64,000 bases of DNA from assembly GCF_963921235.1 (NCBI RefSeq), contig NC_086097.1, positions 232,626,001 through 232,690,000 of the forward strand, written 5' to 3'. Numbering within the stretch: the stretch's first letter is position 1; the number at the start of each line of letters is the position of its first letter. A model generated the notes under the pieces. That model was not told the DNA's origin. It made no database searches and was given only the letters and a program-made list of their open reading frames with translations. This DNA is from Mobula hypostoma (lineage: Eukaryota). Below, in pieces: positions 12,187 to 23,088 of the stretch. Both the position numbers and the translations under genes were made by a program.

Positions 12187-12721
12187 ATCTTTCAAAATTC
12201 AAACACGAGGAATTCTGCAGATGCTGGAATTTCAAGCAACACACATCAAAGTTGCTGGTGAACACAGCAGGCCAGGCAGCATCTATAGGAAGAGGTACAG
12301 TCGATGTTTTGGGCCGAGGAACTTCGTCAGGTGATCCTGGGTCACCTGGGCAAGGGTGTCTGGTGTTGAAAGTCCTGAAACGGCCAATGACCCCGGGTTA
12401 CATCATTCATCAGGGTCTTCACGCATCCTAGGATGTTTCTGAACATCAGAGAGTCATAGAAAACTACAGCAGGCCCTTCAGCCCATCTAGTCCATGTCGA
12501 AACTGCCTACTCCCATTGACCTGCCCCGGGACCATAGACCTCCATACCCCTACCATCCATGTACCTATCCAAGCTTTGCTTAAGTGTTGAAATCGAGCTC
12601 GCTGTTGAATCTTGAACTCCTGACGAAGGGTCTCGGCCCGAAACGTCGACTGTACCTCTTCCTATAGATGCTGCCTGGCCTGCTGCGTTCACCAGCAACT
12701 TTGATGTATCTTTCAAAATTC
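12187..12721. mobile_element. Composite insertion: TSD - hammerhead unit (-) - copied local DNA - hammerhead unit (+) - TSD
   Basis: 14-bp direct repeat atctttcaaaattc at 12187-12200 and 12708-12721. Units at 12201-12331 (-) and 12618-12707 (+). The filler 12336-12602 is an inverted copy of 13159-13422. Confidence 0.85.
12618..12651 (+). ncRNA. Minimal hammerhead core with truncated stem I
   Basis: tcCTGACGAagggtctcggcccGAAACGTCgact: core and stem II are perfect, but only 2 bp of stem I remain. Confidence 0.65.
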
Positions 12722-13119
12722 CCTTGATTCTGGAAAGGACCCAATGGAAACCACAGAAAAAAAAAATGCTCCAAATCAAAAGAAGCGAGAACACAAGAAC
12801 CTCCAGCTCTGGAAAATGCAGGGAAATAATTGTTTTTTTTTAGGAATCTGTAACTGGGCATTTATAAACCTTTACAGAATTTTATAGACTATTATAGACT
12901 TTTCACAGAGCCAATGTGGTTTTATGAAAGGAATCCTATTTAACAAATTTATTGAAAATTCATTGAGGATGCAACAAACAAGGTAGTAAAGGGATATTGA
13001 AGATATAAAATATTTGGAATTTCCAAAAAGTTTTTGATAAGATGCCACATAAATTATTACTGTGCATAAGCATATGGACTTGGTGTAATAGGTAACATGT
13101 TTTACTATGGATCACTTTC

Positions 13120-13307
13120 ACATTGGCATGATACGAGCTGCCAGCACAAGTGGCACACGCGAGCTTGATTTCAACGTTTAAGCAAAGCATGGATAGTACA
13201 TGGATGGAAGGGGTATGGAGGTCTATGGTCCCGGGGCAGGTCAATGGGAGTAGGCAGTTTCGACATGGACTAGATGGGCTGAAGGGCCTGCTGTACTTTT
13301 CTGACTC
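13120..13307 (+). mobile_element. CR1 3' end fragment
   Basis: gagctgccagcacaagtgg...ggactagatgggctgaagggcctg tail; related to 24815-25325 and 34360-34830. Confidence 0.75.
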
Positions 13308-13745
13308 CCTGATGCTTAGAAACATCCTAGGATGCGCAAAGACCCTGATGAATGATGTAACCCGGGGTTATCGGTCGTTTCAGGACTTTCAACACCAGAC
13401 ACCCTTACCCAGGTGACCCAGGGTTGATCAGGCCCTGGCTTGTGTCCCAGCAGCACTGGTCCATAGCCATCTGGAGGCTCACTCAGCAGCCTTCGAGACA
13501 GTCAGACGGCTCTTTTCCTTGCAGTGTCCAAAATGCCAAAGGCAGAGTAGGTTCTGCACAGCAAGCAGACAGAAAAACCTCCACACCCCACCTCTACAGA
13601 CTTGCATTGTGTCCTCCATCCCTGTCCGCCACTGCTCCACCAGCTCCTGGTATTTGGCTTTCTTATGTTCAAATGCCTCCTCAATCTGGTCTTCCCAAGG
13701 AATTTTCCGTTCTACCATGGCCACTTGCTTCACGGTTTCGAGGAC
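13308..13745 (-). mobile_element. HERO/NeSL-like (restriction-like endonuclease) non-LTR retrotransposon, 3' fragment
   Basis: IPWEDQIEEAFEHKKAKYQELVEQ and, in another frame, GWRTQCKSVEVGCGGF match RLE-domain motifs. The 3' UTR ctgggtcacctgggtaagggtgtctggtgttgaaag resembles HERO. Confidence 0.7.
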
Positions 13746-14450
13746 AGGGAGCTTAATTGCTTGCCCAAGTTATAACTTGTGCGATGCTACAGGGGTCAGT
13801 TCAGTCAATATTACTGTCTTACTGCGTCCCTCCATCTACTTAGTAGGCAGATTTACTAACAATTATTGTCATAAGTGTAAAGGCAAGTTTTGTAAAAGCT
13901 ACAAAGAGCCTGAAAAGGAATATACATGAAGAAGTAGATGAAAATATGGCATTTGAAAAGTAATCAAGGGAAATTTAGGTTATCTACCTTAAGAACAATA
14001 GGAAAGCAGAAATGGGGAGAGCGTATATGACGCTGATGTACAGGGAGATCCACATGTTGTTCTTGAACCACAAGAAGTTCACATGTAAGGCACAGCAAGT
14101 GATTAGAAAGATAAATGGCAAGTTGCTTATTTAAAGAGGTTTCATTGGCACTGTAGGTTCACTAGATTAATTCTTGGGACAAAACGATGGTCCTGAAAGG
14201 ATGATTGAGCAGATCAGATCAGACACAAAGTTATTTAAAGGCAGGGCAGACATTAAGGGCCATACAGCCCACTCTTGCACTTACTTCTCATGCTCTATTT
14301 TAATAGAATCATAAAATCATTGAAAAATACAGCACAGAAACATGACTTTCAGCCCATCTAGTTCATGCCAAACTCCTTAACTGTCATTTCCATTGGCCTG
14401 CACCGGCATCATAGCCCTCCACACCCCTATTATCCAAACTTCTCTTAAAC

Positions 14451-15254
14451 TCTCAGTCAGTGCTCACTTAGAACCTCTGCAGTTACAGTCCACAAACCAA
14501 GCCAGAAACTTTGGTGTTATGATGGACTCCGGCTTAATTTTAAACTGCCACATTAAGACAATTAGAAAGTCAGCCTACCATCACCTTTAAAATATAGCAC
14601 AAGTTAAAGGGCTTCTGTCTCAGCAAGATCTAGAAAAACTCATCCATACATTTATTTTTAGTAGTCTCGACTACTATAATGGCATTTTCAGATTTCTGTA
14701 AAAAATCCCTGAGACAGCGGCAGCTCATTCAGAACACTGCTGCTAGAGTCCTCACTAAGACCAAGAAAGTAGAACACATCACTCCAGTTCTCAATCACTA
14801 CACCGGCTTCCTGTCCATCAGAGGATTGACTTTAAAATATTACTACTGGTTTATAAAGCACTGAGTGGTCTTGGGCCAAAATACATCTCCAATCTCCTGC
14901 TGCGTTGTGAACCTTCCTGAGCTCTCCGGTTGTCTGGGAGGGGTCTGCTTACTGTCCCCAGGGTCAAAACTAAACATGGTGAAGCAGCTTTTAGTTACTC
15001 TGCTCCACATAACTGGAATAACCTTCCAGAGGATCTGAAGTCTGCCCCAACTTTAAGCTCTTCTAAGTCGAGGCTTAAAACTTTTTTTTTCGCTTGAGCT
15101 TTTAATTAGAATCTCCTGTACTGTAACTTTTATTTTGTTTATTTTAATGTGATTTTATTCTCTTTATATTGTCTGAAATTTGATGTTTGATTTTTATATC
15201 TTGTTCTATGTAAAGCACTTTGAACTGCCTCATGTACAAATAAAATTGCCTTGC
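14451..15254 (+). mobile_element. L2-clade LINE 3' fragment inserted in a CR1 tail (14305-15450, -)
   Basis: Motifs ARNFGVMMDSGL..NCHIKTIRKSAYHHL and QLIQNTAARVLTKTKKVEHITPVL; tail tgtaaagcactttgaactgcc; TSD cttaaac at 14444-14450 and 15255-15261. Confidence 0.8.
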
Positions 15255-15450
15255 CTTAAACATTGAAATCGGACCAGCAACCACCACATCTGCTGGCCCC
15301 TCATTCCACAATCTCACGACCCTCTGAGAGAAGAAGTTTCCCCTCATGTTCCCCTTAAACTTTTCACCTTTCACCCTTAACCCACGAGCTCTAGTTGTAG
15401 TCCTACCCACCCTCAGTGAAAAAAGCCTCCTTGCATTTACCCTATCGATA

Positions 15451-17047
15451 CCATAAGACCATAAGACAAAGGAGCAGAAGTAGGCCATTCGGCCCATCGA
15501 GTCTGCTCCGCCATTTTATCATGAGCTGATCCATTTTATCCTATTTAGTCCCACTGCCCCGCCTTCTCACCATAACCTTTGATGCCCTGGCTACTCAGAT
15601 ACCTATCAATCTCTGCCTTAAAAACACCCAATGACTTGGCCTCCACTGCTGTCCGTGGCAACAAATTCCATAGATTCACCACCCTCTGACTAAAAAATTT
15701 TTTTCGCATTTCTGTTCTGAAAGGGCGCCCTTCAATCCTGAAGTCATGCCCTCTCGTACTAGATTCCCCCATCATGGGAAACAACTTTGCCACATCCACT
15801 CTGTCCATGCCTTTTAACATTCGAAATTTTCAAAAGGCTTTTGACAAGGTCCCACACAGGAGATTAGTGTGGAAACTTAAAGCACATGGTATTGGGGGTA
15901 AGGTATTGGTGTGGGTGGAGAATTGGTTAGCAGACAGGAAGCAAAGAGTGGGAATAAACGGGACCTTTTCAGAATGGCAGGCGGTGACTAGTGGGGTACC
16001 GCAAGGCTCAGTGCTGGGACCCCAGTTGTTTACAATATATATTAATGACTTGGATGAGGGAATTAAATGCAGCATCTCCAAGTTTGCGGATGACACGAAG
16101 CTGGGTGGCAGTGTTAGCAGTGAGGAGGATGCTAAGAGGATGCAGGGTGACTTGGATAGGTTGGGTGAGTGGGCAAACTCATGGCAGATGCAATTTAATG
16201 TGGATAAATGTGAAGTTATCCACTTTGGTGGCAAAAATAGGAAAACAGATTATTATCTGAATGGTGGCCGATTAGGAAAAGGGGAGGTGCAACGAGACCT
16301 GGGTGTCATTATACACCAGTCATTGAAAGTGGGCATGCAGGTACAGCAGGCGGTGAAAAAGGCGAATGGTATGCTGGCATTTATAGCGAGAGGATTCGAG
16401 TACAGGAGCAGGGAGGTACTACTGCAGTTGTACAAGGCCTTGGTGAGACCACACCTGGAGTATTGCGTGCAGTTTTGGTCCCCTAATCTGAGGAAAGACA
16501 TCTTTGCCATAGAGGGGGTACAAAGAAGGTTCACCAGATTGATTCCTGGGATGGCAGGACTTTCATATGAAGAAAGACTGGATGAACTGGGCTTGTACTC
16601 GTTGGAATTTAGAAGATTGAGGGGGGATCTGATTGAAAGGTATAAGATCCTAAAGGGATTGGACAGGCTAGATGCAGGAAGATTGTTCCCGATGTTGGGG
16701 AAGTCCAGAACGAGGGGTCACAGTTTGAGGATAGAGGGGAAGCCTTTTAGGACCGAGATTAGGAAAAACTTCTTCACACAGAGAGTGGTGAATCTGTGGA
16801 ATTCTCTGCCACAGGAAACTGTTGAGGCCAGTTCATTGGCTATGTTTAAGAGGGAGTTAGATATGGCCCTTGTGGCTACAGGGGTCAGGGGGTATGGAGG
16901 GAAGGCTGGGGCGGGGTTCTGAGTTGGATGATCAGCCATGATCATAATAAATGGCGGTGCAGGCTCGAAGGGCCGAATGGCCTACTCCTGCACCTATTTT
17001 CTATGTTTCTATGAAATGTTTCTATGAGGTCTCCCCTCATTCTTCTA
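15451..17047 (-). mobile_element. CR1 family B 3' fragment, split by a CR1 family A insertion
   Basis: 15451-15827 plus 17013-17047 reconstruct the sequence seen uninterrupted at ~38712-39120. Confidence 0.85.
15828..17012 (+). mobile_element. CR1 family A, 5'-truncated within RT, young
   Basis: Open frame FQKAFDKVPH...SGVPQGSVLGP...KFADDTKL...GYGGKAGAGF, near-identical to ORF2 of the 27-31 kb copy. TSD gaaat at 15823-15827 and 17013-17017. Confidence 0.93.
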
Positions 17048-17689
17048 CCCCTCTTTGTGGTTGACAGTGTTGTGAAGATTCATGCCTTGACACTCCTTCA
17101 ACTCCTACACCCCGCAGGAAGGCAAAGTCATCGAAGAACATGGCAAGACTTATTTTAAAAGCACAAATTTTCTCTGTGAATGCAACAACATTGCTGAATA
17201 TGGCCAAAAACACTAAATTAACTATTTGTTTGGGGGGAAAAGACGGAAGTGAAAATGATAGAAAAGGAAAAGTTCGCTAGGCTAAGCAAAAAAAAAGCAA
17301 TGTTTAACTAAAGAAGTAACACAGCGATATAACAGCTTGCTGCCAGGACTCAGAATCTTTAATTAGTGATAATGCTAACACAGGATTAAAAGGGGAAAAA
17401 TAATTGTTAAAAAAGGGAGAAAGACCATGTCTTAGGCAACTGCTTTGCCAAACTGGTCTGTTCTATCTTTGAAAATAAGCACACCCTGGTCACAACTTCA
17501 ACTCATCCTCACTTCAGTTGCTCCATCTTTGGTCACGCAGAGCATTTTGGTAACACAGTGAACTTGATTTGCAAAACTGCAAAATCAGCATTAACCTGGG
17601 TATAGGTCAGGTGGGCTTCATCTGGAAGCCCAGCGGGTCCGGCAGAACTCTGCAAAATGTCATCATTTTGCTTGTAGGCAGAGGAAAGT

Positions 17690-18220
17690 AACATAAAGTA
17701 AATTTATTCTCAAAGTATGTCACCATCTACAACTCTGAGATTCATTTTGTTATGGACATATATCTAATAACCATAATAGAATGAATCAATGTAAATCTGC
17801 ATCAACTGGGTGTCCAACCAGTGTGCAAAAGACAATAAACTGTGCAAATACTAAAAGAAAGAAAAAAAAATTAAATACATAAACAATAAATATCGAGAAC
17901 ATGAGATGAACAGACCTTGAAAGTTAGTCAATAAGTTGCCAACTGAAGTTTAGGATGGAGATGAGGAGGAACGGCTTTTCCCAGAGAGTGGGGAATCTGT
18001 GGAATTCTCTGCCCAATGAAGCAGTGGAGGCTCCCTCGGTAAATATATTTAAGACAAGGGTGGATAGATTTTTGCATAGTAGGGGAATTAAGGGTTATGG
18101 GGAAGAGGCAGGTAGGTGGAGATGTGTTCATGGCCAGATCAGCCATGATCATATTGAATGGTGGAGCAGGCTCGACGGGCCAGATGGCCTACGCCTGCTC
18201 CTATTTCTTATGTCCTTAGG
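17690..18220. mobile_element. Rex1 3' tail (-, ~17690-17940) followed by a CR1 3' end (+, ~17945-18220)
   Basis: Rex tail aaagtaaatttattctcaaagtatgtcacc; CR1 peptide FSQRVGNLWNSLP and its tail. Confidence 0.7.
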
Positions 18221-18679
18221 TCAGTGAAGTCGGTTAAAAAAAAATCCTGCATCTTTTAAAAATTCTGGTAAGGGGCAGGAAGTAAAAACAAATGGAGAAA
18301 TTCAATTGCACAGTACCACTATTTTCACTGTTATGAGAAGGAAACGGTGTATTCCAGAGCTGTACAACAGCCATAGTTACAATGTCATTTTGTGCTATTC
18401 ACTTGTGCAGGTGGTAGGTTTTCAGTAACAGATCCACATCTGTATATCATTGTAGATGTGCCACCTTTTTAAAGTCATAACCACCTTAGCTGTTGGTCAC
18501 CGTCACCACAATTCCGTTCAGGCGTAAGACCCAAACCACCTAAAGCTGCTGTGGTCTGCTGCCCGGCGCTGGAGAATGAAGACCCAATGTCACTATTGCT
18601 TCTCCTCCTGACCTCAAGGACACCGAAGCTATCAGTAATTTGAATAAACATAAGGACTATGGGTGCTATCACAATCAGG

Positions 18680-18888
18680 AGAAAATCTGCAGATGCTGGA
18701 AATCCAAGCAGCACACACAAAATGCTGGAGGAACTCAGCAGGCCAGGCAGCATCTATGGAAATGGGTAAATAGTTGACATTTCAGGTTGAGACCCTTCGG
18801 CAATGGGTCTTTGTCTGAAATGTCAACTGTTTACTCTTTTTCATAGACGCTGCCTGGCCTGCTGTGTTCCACCAACATTTTGTGTCCA
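18680..18888. repeat. Two head-to-head hammerhead units forming an ~80-bp-arm inverted repeat
   Basis: Left arm ~18715-18797 (minus unit) is complementary to right arm ~18804-18885 (plus unit). Confidence 0.8.
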
Positions 18889-19473
18889 TTACCGTGGATG
18901 CTAGCCTGGCACTCACACTGGTTTTGTGAGATAGTTTCTCTACAAAAGGACAGTGCAATATCACACACACGGTTCAGGGAATTCAAGTGACACAATACAG
19001 AAAAGCACATGTTCACAGACTATATCTGCAAAAGCACCTACAGGGACCTACGCTGCAGTCTCATTCACCCTGAGCAGCAAAAGCTCCAGAGGATGACGTT
19101 TACCTCAGCTGTCATTTCATAGACTCACAAACTTCTTCAATGCTACCGCATCTGGTGCTTCATCTAAGTCATTGTCAAAACTGGCTTCCTGGCTTTTGAT
19201 CATTCCCAGCTGATCTGTGCCATATATTGCAGCTTGCCGCTCAACATAGCTGCAGCAAAGTCTCCAAGGCTCTCTTCAAATGGAGAAAAAAACTGCCCAT
19301 TTTTCCTTCTGTAGAGAAGATGAGATAGAGGGGTGCATGCATTTGCCACGGCAGAAGACTTCTCTAAGCCTCAGACCTGATACATGACTGACATAACATC
19401 TTTGCAATGCATGGGCTTTCACCAGGCGCTCCAGTTTCCTCCCACAGTCCAAAGACGTACTGATTAGTAGGTT

Positions 19474-19626
19474 CATCTTTCTTAATCCAGTCCTGATGAA
19501 GGGTCTTGGCCAGAAATGTCGATTGTACTCTTTTCCATAGATGCTGCCTGGCCTGCTGAGTTCCTCCAGTACTTTGTGTGTGTTGCTGTGGATTTCCAGC
19601 ATCTGCGGAATTTATCTTGTTGGTGG
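19474..19626 (+). mobile_element. Hammerhead unit with a 10-bp TSD inside a V-SINE (~19420-19700)
   Basis: TSD ttagtaggtt at 19464-19473 and 19627-19636; cagtcCTGATGAagggtcttggccaGAAATGTCgattg at 19488-19525. Confidence 0.85.
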
Positions 19627-21406
19627 TTAGTAGGTTAATTGGTCATTGTAAATTATCCTGTGATTAGGTTAGGGTTAACTCTATCTCTAAATTTTTTTTC
19701 TTTGTAATTTATTTTATATTGAAGTTGATATATACATATATATCATATAATCATCTAGCTCTAAATTAAAAATGAATAAATAATGCCTCGAATCTGCCGT
19801 CAAACCCTATAGTCCTTGAATCACACTTCTATTCCCTCATTGTTCATGATGCGGTAGAGTGACAGTAGAGCTTCCTTGAGGCCATAACCCAATATCAAGG
19901 GAGTCTACACAACTCTATTATTCTCGTTTTCCATTCCTGCTTCCTGGAGTCCTATGTTCCATCTGTGCAGCTGGGCAACACTACACTTAAAACCACAGCA
20001 TCACAGGTGACTTTCCTCTCACTACAAGTATACTCCCGTGCTCGCCATGCTACATCCAACACAAGCTCGTCGACAGGAGAAGACAAACCCTACTCGAGGT
20101 GGTTCAGCAGAAGCCGAGGAAGATGCAAAGGAGGTGCAAGAACAGCAACATCAGATATGTTACAGGACAGAGAAAGAAGGCCATGCTGTACTCCATAAAG
20201 TGGAAGGCCTCCTGTGTATGTTCTCGGCACATCTGGCTGCCACAACATCTCACTAACAGAATACTATGGGATTGCATGCCACTTGTATCCATCTAGCAAT
20301 CTGAAAAAGTTTGCAAAGACTGCTGCAAAGTATCTTTCAATAGTTTAAAAACGTACAGGCACTATGAAAGCAAATTATGTTATGTTAACCTGATTATTAT
20401 AGTTAATGAATTAATTTCATCTTTTTCAAACAAAAAATGTTCTAGATTCAGAAGAAACTGAACAGGAATAAAATTCATGATAGACAGGAAATATGTTCTA
20501 TTTTAGACTATGTGCTTTTCAAAAAAGGGTAATCTGGTATCTGTAAACTATGACCACCTGTGGAAATCGAGTAGTGTTGCTGTAAAAGGATGGTAGGGCC
20601 TTAATGTTGGTAGGTCACTTGGGAATCCTCAAATAATGGGATTTTCCAAAATGTGGGATACAAGGAAGTGGACAATGATGGAGTGGAGAAGTTTTGGGTT
20701 ACAACATTGCTGGATGTTATGTTGGGATCTTTGCTGGAATCCTTAGGCAGAGCAGGACTGGAAAGGCCAAGATGGTGAGGTGGAATGCAATGGCCTTGGT
20801 AGTGGATGTGTTTCATGTAAGACAGGTTTGGAGACACCAGACATTTGGGACGAGTTAATTCGAGGCTTTGAGACAATAGAGTTTGAGGCTGTGAGTCCTG
20901 GAATTAGGGGAAAGACATAAAATGCTGGAGGAGCTTATCAGGCTGGGCAGCATCTACAGAAAGGAGTAAACAGTCAGCATTTTAGGCTGAGACCCTTATT
21001 CAGAACCTGGAAATATGCTGCAGGAAGGGGTAGATGGATGTAGGTCTTTGTGGTCGAAGAATGACAGTAAAATTGCAGTCGGGATAGTCAGTAATAGAGA
21101 GTGAGCAGGTGGTAATTAACAAGAGTAGAAAATGTTGAGTTCCAGATCCCATTTCTTAACTAACTGTTGCAATCATAAATATATACTGCTCTAATAGTAT
21201 TTTAAATAATCAGTCCATAGTGAAGAACACATTTAAAAAGGCTGTTTCTCCACTGGAGTAAACCATAGATGCCAACTAGAGACTATTTTTAAATACTTTA
21301 TAACTTTTAAAGTATGGAATTGATTAATTAACTGAAAAAGGGACAGCTTCTATTACCAGAAACCAAACTTTAAAACAGTAGCAGAAAACAATTTACGGAT
21401 CTCAAA

Positions 21407-21642
21407 AAGGCATCCGTTAGTCTTGTGAGACCATGGATCTGCGCCTGGAAAGTCTTCACTCTCCAAGGCGCAGGCCTGGGCAAGGTTGTATGGAAGACCA
21501 GCAGTTGCCCATGCTGCAAGTCTCCCCTCTCCACGACACCAATGTTGTCCAAGGGAAGGGCATTAGGACCCATACAGCTTGGCACCAGTGTCATCGCAGA
21601 GCAATGTGTGATTAAGTGCCTTGCTCAAGGACACAACACGTT
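21407..21642 (-). mobile_element. tRNA SINE body and 3' tail (RTE-like end)
   Basis: Reverse complement of the 58246-58517 family; ends ccatggtctcacaagactaacggatgcc. Confidence 0.75.
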
Positions 21643-21849
21643 CCCTTGGCTGGGTCCCTTATGGATCTACAAAATATATATATATATATACAGTTTTACA
21701 TAGAATTGGCATGGCTTATGCACTCAACTGACCAACCATATGGCCCTCTGCCTTCCCAATACCTCAAGTAACCAACCTAATTTTATAAAGTGCCAACATT
21801 AGTGGTTATCACATAAAGTCTGGGTCCTTAAGATTAGTATAGATCGACT

Positions 21850-22450
21850 TGTTTAATGGTCTGAAAATAAAAGGAATTAAATTTTGTGGCAAATCTGTAA
21901 CAAGTGGAGTATTTCAAGGATCAACGTCGCGGGCCTCAAAATTTATAATCTAATATTAATGGCTCAGATAATATATTCATAACGCTGATCTTGGTGAGAG
22001 AGGCAGAAAGGTTACAAAGGGTTAAGTGAATAGTTAAGACGACAGTAAAGTGAATGGGACAGAATATGCCAGATCGAAACAATATGGAGAAATCTGAAGA
22101 CATCCATTTTAACAGCAAAAAAAAATTGGCAAGAAAAACATTTTATGAAGCATTGCAAAGTATTTGGGACTGAGGTATGCACAAAGGACAAAACTAACAT
22201 GAAGATCGGGTAAGGTCAGTTACATTTCCCAAAATCATTTAGCAAGGTGCCATAAAGTGTTCCCACAATGAGAGAAACCATAATAAAATTTTTATTGCAA
22301 AGTAATTTGAATATTTGAATAAAATCATTCTGTAATCTCAGAGACTCTAACTAGAAGTTGAGACCAGGGAGTCAAGACCCAGAATAAAAGACTAAATCAT
22401 TTAATATTTGACTGAAGGTGAGAACTTTCTTCACTAAAGGGCAAGAGATA
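21850..22450 (+). mobile_element. Ancient, highly decayed CR1 RT fragment
   Basis: acaagtggagtatttcaaggatcaacgtcgcgggcct is a decayed TSGVPQGSVLGP; gagaactttcttcactaaagg is a decayed RNFFTQR. Confidence 0.55.
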
Positions 22451-22938
22451 GGCATTTTGTCACTGTTCAGATAATACATTTATAGTAATTTGATTAATGC
22501 TTGTCACCACCAGTTTTCCCAATAAAATGATACTAATTTATGCAACATTGAAGTATTTTAAGTTCTGAACATAAATTTTAAGGAAGCATTTTTATTCTTT
22601 TTTTATAATTTTAAACATCAACGCCTAAACGCCTGTATGCACAAGTCAGATTGACAAATCTGGGTGCTATGCTATTCCTTTCTAGATTTCTTTTAACATT
22701 ATTTACTTTGGTTTTTTTTTCACATTTGGCCACAATAGGGTTAACAGAAGCTTGAAAACCGACAACAACCACAGGATACCCCCAGACTCTACGGTTAATT
22801 ACAAGTACCATACCTCTCACACCTTAGGCTCACCATATACTTCAAAATTTACTCATATTTTGGATATGCAAATCTGTCAGCAAGATTTAAGTTGGATGTA
22901 AACAACTTTTTAGTTGTTAGAATTAAAATAATTACCAC

Positions 22939-23088
22939 CTCTCTTGAAGGGTGCTTTCAGAATCCTTTAGTTTTGTCCTCAGATGTCTAATGGTAACCTC
23001 CTTTTGTTGCAGAGGGGTCAAGTACTGCTCCGGATTGGGGGGCTTAATGCCATGATTATCACTGCAAGAGGTGTATTTACCAGACCGC
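22939..23088 (-). CDS. SYBU: Syntabulin internal exon (150 nt, phase 2-2), absent from the ORF track
   Basis: Hand translation gives RSGKYTSCSDNHGIKPPNPEQYLTPLQQKEVTIRHLRTKLKDSESTLQE(R), containing the family PPNPEQYLTPLQQKEV motif. Acceptor tgcattttccAG, donor GTggta. Confidence 0.95.

Noticed and set aside
12296..12331. Other hammerhead copies as active ribozymes (12298, 6296, 12001, 18775, 19488, 20970, 25015)
   Set aside because: Each has a mutated or missing CUGANGA or GAAA, or a broken stem II or stem III.
15774..16922. 382-aa ORF as a novel chimeric RT gene
   Set aside because: The first 18 residues are antisense CR1-B fused by chance to a truncated CR1-A. The catalytic YLD is replaced by IRN and the RT N-terminus is missing.
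19129..19249. Exon-like stretch YVERQAAIYGTDQLGMIKSQEASFDNDLDEAPD with a GTGAGT donor
   Set aside because: Phase 2 to 0 would frameshift SYBU, and I recognise no homology or compensating exon.
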